64,000 nt of DNA from an uncultured SAR86 cluster bacterium (GTDB taxonomy: Bacteria > Pseudomonadota > Gammaproteobacteria > Magnimaribacterales > D2472), in the NCBI GenBank assembly GCA_902512655.1, contig CABXJR010000002.1, positions 66,867 to 130,866 of the forward strand. The letters run 5' to 3'. Every line of letters starts with the position of its first letter. Within the stretch, counting starts at the first letter, position 1. Below are positions 19,699-26,635 of this stretch, one piece after another. Below the pieces are notes generated by a model, which had not been told where the DNA came from, searched no databases, and saw only the letters and a list, made by a program, of their open reading frames with translations. The position numbers and the translations under genes are program-made.

Positions 19699-20445
19699 AT
19701 GGATCTTTTGAACAAGACAATACTTATAACCGGTGCATCTGATGGGATTGGTGAAGTTTTAGCAGTGGAATTTTCAAAACTGGGTTCTAATATTATTCTT
19801 CTGGCAAGGGATCCTTCAAAGTTAGATAAAGTTTATGATCGGCTTGATAACTCTTTTAGTTCTCAAAAACATTTAATCTTGCAGGCAGACCTTAATTTAT
19901 TGAGCAATGAATCAGCTCATGAAATTTTAAGAGCAATCACTGAAGAATTTACTTGCTTGGATGGTATTATTCATAATGCTGCAATCTTAGGCACCATGAC
20001 AACTTTAGAAGATTATGAATTATCAAAGTGGGACGAAGTGTTGAATATTAATCTAAGGGCTCCTTTTCTGTTAACCAAAACACTGAAATCAATCCTTGAA
20101 GACTCAACCCTGCCCAGAATTATTTTTACTTCTTCTGGCGTTGCAAATATTGGTAGAGCTTTTTGGGGTGCCTACTCAGTTTCAAAATTTGGGTTAAAAG
20201 GGTTAGCAGAAATTTTTGCTAATGAGCTTGAAACAACCTCTTCGATCAAAGTATTTAATTTTGATCCTGGAGCGACCCAGACAAAGATGAGGGCATCTGC
20301 AAGACCGGCTGAAGATCCTAACTCCATCAAAACCCCTGATGCTCTAATGGATTGTTACTTATGGTTTTTTAGTGAAGAGAGCTCTAATTCAACAGAAAGG
20401 TATTTTGAATATGCTGATCTGTCTAAGAAAGTGACTTCCACATAA
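19699..20445 (+). CDS. YciK-like SDR oxidoreductase
   Basis: 248 aa. It carries TGASDGIGEV, HNAA and YSVSK motifs. Confidence 0.82.
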   Translation: MDLLNKTILITGASDGIGEVLAVEFSKLGSNIILLARDPSKLDKVYDRLDNSFSSQKHLILQADLNLLSNESAHEILRAITEEFTCLDGIIHNAAILGTMTTLEDYELSKWDEVLNINLRAPFLLTKTLKSILEDSTLPRIIFTSSGVANIGRAFWGAYSVSKFGLKGLAEIFANELETTSSIKVFNFDPGATQTKMRASARPAEDPNSIKTPDALMDCYLWFFSEESSNSTERYFEYADLSKKVTST

Positions 20446-21007
20446 GAAGACTAAAATAAGTCCTCCAAGGTCTAAAGGGCTCATAAAATTTTTCACTTAT
20501 TTCATGCTCGCTAAAAAAATATTCATGGGCATGCTTTATTCCAAGGTCATTGATAGGCATAACATCTGTATCTCCTAAATAAAACATTCTAGCCATCTGG
20601 ACTGACCAGGGTCCAATTCCTTTATTTGCAATGAGTAAGTTTTCAAATTCAATATTTGACAATTCTTTTAAATAACTTCGCTGCAATGAAGATAGGTTCA
20701 AATTGTTGATCAAGCCAATTACATAATTTGCTTTTGATTTTGATAGTCCTGCTGCGTGTAATTTGGTTTCTAGATTTTGATAATTCGTATGGGCAGTAAT
20801 AATTGGATGAACTCTTGACCAAATAGTTTTGGCTGCCTTGGTGGAAACTTGTTGACTCACAACAACCGATGCAAGATATTCAGCCAAGGGCAATGATGAT
20901 AAATTAATTTCAACTGGCTCAGACTCTTGAAGGTATTTTTCTAATAAATCAAATTTTTTTTCTTTAGAAATTCTTAATAAATTTTTGTGAGCATTATCAC
21001 TTTCCAT
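20423..21007 (-). CDS. HhH-GPD DNA glycosylase (AlkA-type catalytic domain only)
   Basis: 194 aa. The HhH region GIGPWSVQMARMFYLGDTDVMPINDLGIKHA carries the conserved Asp position. The AlkA N-terminal domain is absent. Confidence 0.72.
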   Translation of the reverse strand: MESDNAHKNLLRISKEKKFDLLEKYLQESEPVEINLSSLPLAEYLASVVVSQQVSTKAAKTIWSRVHPIITAHTNYQNLETKLHAAGLSKSKANYVIGLINNLNLSSLQRSYLKELSNIEFENLLIANKGIGPWSVQMARMFYLGDTDVMPINDLGIKHAHEYFFSEHEISEKFYEPFRPWRTYFSLLMWKSLS

Positions 21008-21719
21008 AATTCTGGAGTTCTTTTATTTGAGATTCGGTCAAATTAATGCATGAACCTTCCCTGAGAGTTGAGGGTAAAAAAATTGGTCCAATTCTAACTC
21101 TTTTAAGCCTACTTACCTCTAACTCCTGAGATTCAAAAAGTTTCCTGACCTCTCGATTTTTTCCAGTAAGCATGCAAACCGAAAACCACTGATTTGAACT
21201 TTGCTTTCCCCCTGAAACAATGTCTGAAAATTGGTAAATCTCGTTCTCAATTTTAACCCCAGACAACATATTTTTTTTCTTTTGCTCATTAAAATGGCCT
21301 CTAGCTCTAACAAGATACTCTCTATCAATTTCAAATGAGGGATGCATGAGTTGATGAGCAAGAGTTCCATCATTGGTAAATAGCATTAATCCAGAGGTAT
21401 TAATATCCAATCTTCCAACTGCAATCCAGTCAGGTTCATTTTGAACTTTTGGAAGAAAATCAAACACAAGCTTAATCTTTTTATCATCTTTCTTTGAAGA
21501 TAAAACTCCACGTGGCTTATTCAGCATAATTACTTTTAAGTCTGCTTTTTTTAAAAGCACCCTTTCACCTTCGAAAGTTACCTCGTCAGTCTCAGAGACT
21601 TTGGCTCCCAAAGTAGCTACCTTGCCGTTGACATAAACTTTATTATCTTTAATTAGTTGCTCGCATGAGCGTCTTGAACCTAAGCCGGCTTGGGCCAAGA
21701 ATTTCTGCAATCGCAGCAT
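20997..21719 (-). CDS. rluB: 23S rRNA pseudouridine synthase (RluB/RsuA family)
   Basis: 240 aa. It has an S4 domain (LQKFLAQAGLGSRRSCEQLI) and a catalytic GRLDINTSGLMLFTNDG. It follows scpB, as in many gammaproteobacteria. Confidence 0.85.
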   Translation of the reverse strand: MLRLQKFLAQAGLGSRRSCEQLIKDNKVYVNGKVATLGAKVSETDEVTFEGERVLLKKADLKVIMLNKPRGVLSSKKDDKKIKLVFDFLPKVQNEPDWIAVGRLDINTSGLMLFTNDGTLAHQLMHPSFEIDREYLVRARGHFNEQKKKNMLSGVKIENEIYQFSDIVSGGKQSSNQWFSVCMLTGKNREVRKLFESQELEVSRLKRVRIGPIFLPSTLREGSCINLTESQIKELQNYGK

Positions 21720-21723
21720 AGAG

Positions 21724-22287
21724 TTATCCAGCTTCTAGCTGATCCAGTGCATCTTCGGCGGGTAAAGCCTCAGGCAATGGAGGTAAATCATTAATTGATT
21801 TAAGGTTTAAATCATTTAAAAAAGTTTTGGTTGTTTCATATAAAGCAGGTCTGCCTGGAACATCACGATAGCCAGATACTTTAATCCACTCTCTATCAAG
21901 CAATGTTCTGATTATCTGGGTGCTAACAGTGACCCCTCTTATATCCTCGATATCACCTCTGGTAACTGGTTGTTTGTATGCAATTATAGATACGGTTTCC
22001 ATAAATGCTTTTGAGAGTCTACTTGATGTGTCATTCCATAAAGGATAAAGGCAATCACCATAGCTCTCTCTTACTTGCATTCTAAAGCCTGAAGCAACTT
22101 CTTTAATCTCAATAGAGCTTTCTGCATATCTTTCCTCTAACGAATTTAAAGCTATTTTAATACTAGGCAAGTCTATCTCTATATTCTGAGATCCCATGAG
22201 CGTTTTAATCTCTGATAAACGCATAGGTCTTCCCGCGCCGAAAAGAATAGATTCAACAAGATTTGGTAAGTTTTCAATATTACCCAT
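21724..22287 (-). CDS. scpB: Segregation and condensation protein B
   Basis: 187 aa. It has the tandem winged-helix ScpB pattern (LVESILFGAGRPM..., IAYKQPVTRGDIEDIRGV). Confidence 0.9.
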   Translation of the reverse strand: MGNIENLPNLVESILFGAGRPMRLSEIKTLMGSQNIEIDLPSIKIALNSLEERYAESSIEIKEVASGFRMQVRESYGDCLYPLWNDTSSRLSKAFMETVSIIAYKQPVTRGDIEDIRGVTVSTQIIRTLLDREWIKVSGYRDVPGRPALYETTKTFLNDLNLKSINDLPPLPEALPAEDALDQLEAG

Positions 22288-23082
22288 CTAGTGAACTCCT
22301 CGATTGGTTGATTTAAGATAAAGTTGATTAGAATCTTTGTTTTGGATCAGTTCAACATGTCCATCCTTGGCTAAATCTAAAGAAGCCAATAACGCAACGA
22401 CGACCCCCTGTTTGCCTTCTTCTTTCTGATATGTTTGAAAGAATTGGATTACATTTCTTTTATTGAGAATGGACAAGATTAAAGCAATCCTTTCCTGTGT
22501 TGATAGCTCTTCAAAATGAATTTCATGATGTGCAGAAAATTTAGGTCGCGAGGTAACTTCATGAAAAATTGCTGCAAGCTCTTTGGGAGATATCTCTAAG
22601 GATGCTTCGCGCTCTTTAAATTTTGGTAAGCCGGTTGTTGCAAGAAAGAAATCTCTATCCAATCTTGGCAGGCTAGAAATAGATTCTGATACACTTTTAT
22701 ACCTTTGATATTCTTGCAATCGCCTAATCAACTCAGATCGAGGGTCTTGTTCCTCTTCCTCTTCTTCGGACAGCGGAATCAGCATTCTAGATTTAATCTG
22801 AGCAAGTGTTGCAGCCATTACCAAATAATCAGCAGCAAGTTCAATCTTTAGAGCATCCATTAATTCAATATATTGAACGTACTGATCTGTAATTTCAGAA
22901 ATATCTAAATCTAAAATATCAATATCTTTCTTCTGAATTAGATAAAGCAATACATCCATTGGGCCAGAAAAATCCTCTAAGTAGATCTCTAATGCTTCTG
23001 GTGGGATAAATAAATCGTCAGGAAGTTGCGTTAAAGCCTCACCTTTGAATTGTGGAAATTCTAGTTGTGATTGAAAATTCAT
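22288..23082 (-). CDS. scpA: Segregation and condensation protein A (kleisin)
   Basis: 264 aa. It begins FSGPMDVLLYLIQKKDIDILDLDISEIT. It directly abuts scpB. Confidence 0.9.
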   Translation of the reverse strand: MNFQSQLEFPQFKGEALTQLPDDLFIPPEALEIYLEDFSGPMDVLLYLIQKKDIDILDLDISEITDQYVQYIELMDALKIELAADYLVMAATLAQIKSRMLIPLSEEEEEEQDPRSELIRRLQEYQRYKSVSESISSLPRLDRDFFLATTGLPKFKEREASLEISPKELAAIFHEVTSRPKFSAHHEIHFEELSTQERIALILSILNKRNVIQFFQTYQKEEGKQGVVVALLASLDLAKDGHVELIQNKDSNQLYLKSTNRGVH

Positions 23083-23248
23083 AAGTTCAATTTATACAAG
23101 ATGCTGTAATTATAAGCCCTTTTTAACACAACATCTTGTGATTTTGCATAAAAATGTTGATTTAAAAGGTTTTCAATGAGTTTGAAAAATAAATAATAAG
23201 ATAGATTAAAGCCTATTTTTTTAATTTAATTGCATTAATATTTAATGC

Positions 23249-24301
23249 ATGGAATCTATTTACCACACAGACAATACAAGAATTGTCGAAAAGTTCGATC
23301 TCATTACGCCTAATGACGTAATTTCTAAATATCCACTTACTGATGATATTTCAAAATTAGTTTATGGAACAAGGAATGAGGCCAGTCAAATCCTTCATGG
23401 GAAAGACGATAGAGTAATTGTTGTGTGTGGCCCTTGCTCAATTCATGATCCAAAATCTGCTCTTGAATACGCCCGCCTATTAAAAGAGGTCAAAGATTCA
23501 TTACATACTAATTTACTTATTATAATGAGGGTGTACTTTGAAAAACCAAGAACAACTGTAGGCTGGAAAGGTTTAATTAATGATCCAGATATTAATGAAA
23601 GCTATGATGCAAACAAAGGCTTGATGCTGGCAAGAAAAATTCTCAGAGACATCACTTCAATGGGGCTGCCAGTCGGAACGGAATTTTTAGATCCAATTTC
23701 ACCCCAATATGTTGCAGATCTTATTTCTTGGGGGGCCATAGGAGCTAGAACTGCAGAGAGCCAATCGCATAGAGAGCTAGCCTCTGGACTTTCTTGTCCA
23801 ATTGGCATTAAGAATGGAACAACTGGCGCTTTAAAACCTGCAATTGATGGCATTCAAGCTGCAAATCATCCGCATGTATTTTTTTCAAATACAAAAGATG
23901 GACGAGTTTCAATATATAAGACCTCTGGAAATTCAGACTCACACATTATTCTTAGAGGTGGAAAAGAGCCTAATTTTAGTTCAGGAGCAATCCAACAAAC
24001 ATTAACAGCATTAGTTGAGGCTGATGTAAATGACTCCATTATGGTTGATGCAAGTCATGGAAATAGTCAAAAACAATTTAAAAAGCAAATTGATGTTGTG
24101 AATGATCTAGCTATACAAATTTCAGCAGGCAATCAAAGTTTAAGAGGTCTGATGCTCGAAAGTCATTTGGTTGAGGGTAATCAAAGTATCACAGAAAGCC
24201 TCACTTACGGTCAAAGCATTACTGATGCATGCATGAACTGGGATGACACTCTTAACTGCCTTAACACAATCAGCGAAGCTGTTGAAAAGAGGCGAGGATA
24301 A
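23249..24301 (+). CDS. aroG: Class I (AroF/G/H-type) DAHP synthase
   Basis: 350 aa. VVCGPCSIHD and KPRTTVGWKGLINDP are class-I DAHP synthase motifs. The isozyme (feedback specificity) cannot be assigned. Confidence 0.92.
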   Translation: MESIYHTDNTRIVEKFDLITPNDVISKYPLTDDISKLVYGTRNEASQILHGKDDRVIVVCGPCSIHDPKSALEYARLLKEVKDSLHTNLLIIMRVYFEKPRTTVGWKGLINDPDINESYDANKGLMLARKILRDITSMGLPVGTEFLDPISPQYVADLISWGAIGARTAESQSHRELASGLSCPIGIKNGTTGALKPAIDGIQAANHPHVFFSNTKDGRVSIYKTSGNSDSHIILRGGKEPNFSSGAIQQTLTALVEADVNDSIMVDASHGNSQKQFKKQIDVVNDLAIQISAGNQSLRGLMLESHLVEGNQSITESLTYGQSITDACMNWDDTLNCLNTISEAVEKRRG

Positions 24302-25120
24302 TTGAAAGAAGACTTATTTACTTTCTCCATTCAAGAAGCAGAAACATTGGGCATAGAATGTGCTGTTGTTCTGGCTGCCGCTAAAACAATTAAAACTAAA
24401 ATATTTACGCCAAGCGAAATAGCAACAAGCCTTAAAGAGAAGATTCCTTTTTTAGAGAGCGAGGAAATCCTTAAGCATATAAAGAGATTAATTGATCTAA
24501 AATTAATCCCTTCGGAGCCAGTCTCCAAAAAAAATGAAGATTCTCGAAATAAAAATCTTTATTCTTTAAAGCTACCTTCCAATAACCTCAATGCCGGAAA
24601 AAGAAAGCTTGATTACTCTTGGGCCCCTTCTATTCAAGCATTTGAAGTCTTGGGTATGGGCAAGATTAATAAAGAATTTATTGAGAGCAAAGTGAATGAG
24701 TTCAAAATGTATTGGTTAGAAAAAAATCAAGTTAGGGATAACTGGAATGTATTATTTGTAGATTTTATTCGTAGAGAGTGGGTCAAAGAAAACTCTGAAA
24801 ATAAGGGTTTGCCTGTCTGTATCGATGAAAGCTGGACGCCTTCTTCTGATGCTTTTGATATTTTAGAATTAGCCAATGTTTCAAAAAATGATGCATTAAA
24901 ACACTTGAAGGAGTTTATACTCTACTGGAAAGAAAATGGAACCGCTCTGAGGTCTTGGAACTCAAAATTTGTAGATTTTGTTAAACGCAAAGAGTTGATC
25001 GGTTCTTATGAAGAAAAAAATGACAAAAAAACTTACAGACATAATGAACCAGGAGAGTTTTCTCAAAAGTTCACAGACAGAACGAAAGATGACTCCTGGG
25101 CAGAAAATCTCGAACTCTGA
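24302..25120 (+). CDS. Protein with two tandem DnaT-like (primosomal ssDNA-binding) domains
   Basis: 272 aa, with a TTG start immediately after the aroG stop. It has two internal repeats: YSWAPSIQAFEVLGMGKINKEFIESKVNEFKMYWLEKNQVRDNWNVLFVDFIRREW and ESWTPSSDAFDILELANVSKNDALKHLKEFILYWKENGTALRSWNSKFVDFVKRKE. Both resemble the E. coli DnaT C-terminal domain (DWQPDADFIRLAALWGV...[25 protein letters not shown]). Confidence 0.55.
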   Translation: MKEDLFTFSIQEAETLGIECAVVLAAAKTIKTKIFTPSEIATSLKEKIPFLESEEILKHIKRLIDLKLIPSEPVSKKNEDSRNKNLYSLKLPSNNLNAGKRKLDYSWAPSIQAFEVLGMGKINKEFIESKVNEFKMYWLEKNQVRDNWNVLFVDFIRREWVKENSENKGLPVCIDESWTPSSDAFDILELANVSKNDALKHLKEFILYWKENGTALRSWNSKFVDFVKRKELIGSYEEKNDKKTYRHNEPGEFSQKFTDRTKDDSWAENLEL

Positions 25121-25664
25121 ACGAAGAAGCTTTATTGAAGCAATTGATAATCTTTTTTTAAAGCTGGAGCTTTCCTATCATTATCAATTTTATAAAGTCT
25201 TTGGGACTGATCACAGGCTCAAAGAAGCAAAAAAGCTTTGGGCAGGAAGCTTAAAGCAATATCCAGCTGAATGCATCAATGCTGCAGTTGAAACGGTGAT
25301 TCAATCAAATGATTATCTCCCAACTCTTACGGAAGTCCTTAAAGCATGCTCAGGATCAATGGGTTCAATAAATATTCCAACTCCGCAAGAAGCATTTGTT
25401 GAAGCTCAGAAATCTTCATCACCAAGGCAAAGCTTTCCTTGGACTCACCCCATTATTTATTGGGCAGGAAGAGAGCTTGGCTGGGATTTAATTAATTCTC
25501 AAAATAATAATACTTTTCAAGCTTTTTCAAAAACCTATATGCGCCTGGTCAAAGAAATGAAATCTGGAAAAGAATTTAAAGTTGTACCTAAAGAACAATT
25601 AGATGCCTTGGAGCCTTTAGATATAGATTTATTGGAAAAGCTTAGAAAAAAACACAACATCTAA
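25008..25664 (+). CDS. Phage-lambda replication protein P-like protein (chromosomal)
   Basis: It is colinear by eye with lambda P. IDNLFLKL...AKKLWAGSLKQYPAECINAAVETVIQSNDYLPTLTEVLKAC...FPWTHPIIYWAGRELG corresponds to INGVFSQLL...IRRQWVLAFRENGITTMEQVNAGMRVARRQNRPFLPSPGQFVAWC...YPWKSNAHYWLVTNL. The start is ambiguous (ATG 25008, 25020, 25044 or 25089). It overlaps the upstream ORF. Confidence 0.6.
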   Translation: MKKKMTKKLTDIMNQESFLKSSQTERKMTPGQKISNSERRSFIEAIDNLFLKLELSYHYQFYKVFGTDHRLKEAKKLWAGSLKQYPAECINAAVETVIQSNDYLPTLTEVLKACSGSMGSINIPTPQEAFVEAQKSSSPRQSFPWTHPIIYWAGRELGWDLINSQNNNTFQAFSKTYMRLVKEMKSGKEFKVVPKEQLDALEPLDIDLLEKLRKKHNI

Positions 25665-25666
25665 AA

Positions 25667-25684
25667 TGTAAAGTGTACTTTACA
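25667..25684. promoter_or_regulatory. Perfect TyrR/PhhR-box consensus (TGTAAA-N6-TTTACA); also a 7-bp-stem hairpin
   Basis: The sequence is TGTAAAgtgtacTTTACA, located 70 nt upstream of the RND adaptor gene start. Function is untested. Confidence 0.35.
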
Positions 25685-25753
25685 AAAAAGATGAACTATA
25701 ATTCACCCCGCTTGTCGAAATAAAAATAGCGTAAAAATTATACAAAATAAGAA

Positions 25754-26635
25754 ATGTCAAAAAACGTCAGGATTTCTCTATATATTTTAATTCCAGTAAT
25801 AGCTTGGATGATTTCTGGTCAATTTGTGGAAGACGTAAAATTAGCAGAAAAGGCAAATAATAAATTATCCTCGGTTGTTATTGCTGAAAGTCAATCTGCA
25901 TTCTTTTCGCCTTCAATTAAATTAAATTCTTCAGCCACTTCTGAGAAAAGAGTAAATATTTTAGCTAAAACCTCAGGAGAAGTTATGCCAAATAATGTCT
26001 TACAGGGCGACTGGGTAGAAAAAGACCAAGTGCTCTGCAGGCTAGGCGTAGTTGAGCTCAATAGAACAGAAGTAAAGGCACCATTCAAAGGCTATATTGA
26101 AAGAATTGTTAAGCCAGGTAATTACCTAAGCAAAGGTCAAACATGCGCTGTAATAATTGAATTGGATCCTATCACCTTTGTTGCTGAAGTTCCTGAGACA
26201 GAAATTAAAAAGGTAATCAATGAGCAAAAAGTTTCAATTGAACTTGTTACAGGAGAAGTGATTAGGAGCAAATTAAGTTTTGTATCAAAAAGCGCATCGG
26301 CTTCTACTCGTACCTTTAGAGTCGAAGCAAAAGTCTCTAATGCTAGTGGCAAGATAAGAGATGGAATTACTGGAACAATGACCATTCAAACCAATAAGGT
26401 GCTCGCAAATAAAATATCGCCATCTATTTTGCTGTTATCAGATGAAGGTGACCTTGGAGTCAGAGTTGTCAATGACAACGATGAAGTTAAATTTTTGCCA
26501 ATCAATATTATTGAAGATACTAATGATGGAATATGGGTTACAGGAATTCCAAACCTTTCAAAGCTTATTGTGCTTGGTCAGGGATTTGTAAAAAATGGCG
26601 AGAAGGTACAAACAACTTTCCTGTCTGATGCATGA
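25754..26635 (+). CDS. RND efflux periplasmic adaptor (membrane fusion protein)
   Basis: 293 aa. It has an N-terminal membrane anchor and HlyD/MFP-like barrel-sandwich segments (VKAPFKGYIERIV, GITGTMTI). The stop overlaps the RND permease start (ATGA). Confidence 0.8.
   Translation: MSKNVRISLYILIPVIAWMISGQFVEDVKLAEKANNKLSSVVIAESQSAFFSPSIKLNSSATSEKRVNILAKTSGEVMPNNVLQGDWVEKDQVLCRLGVVELNRTEVKAPFKGYIERIVKPGNYLSKGQTCAVIIELDPITFVAEVPETEIKKVINEQKVSIELVTGEVIRSKLSFVSKSASASTRTFRVEAKVSNASGKIRDGITGTMTIQTNKVLANKISPSILLLSDEGDLGVRVVNDNDEVKFLPINIIEDTNDGIWVTGIPNLSKLIVLGQGFVKNGEKVQTTFLSDA

Noticed and set aside
24302-25664. The idea that the DnaT-like / lambda-P-like pair marks a prophage or integrated element
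   Set aside because: No integrase, repressor, structural or lysis genes are present. There are no flanking repeats or tRNA. The neighbours are core housekeeping genes packed without gaps. I treat it as a domesticated chromosomal pair (see findings).
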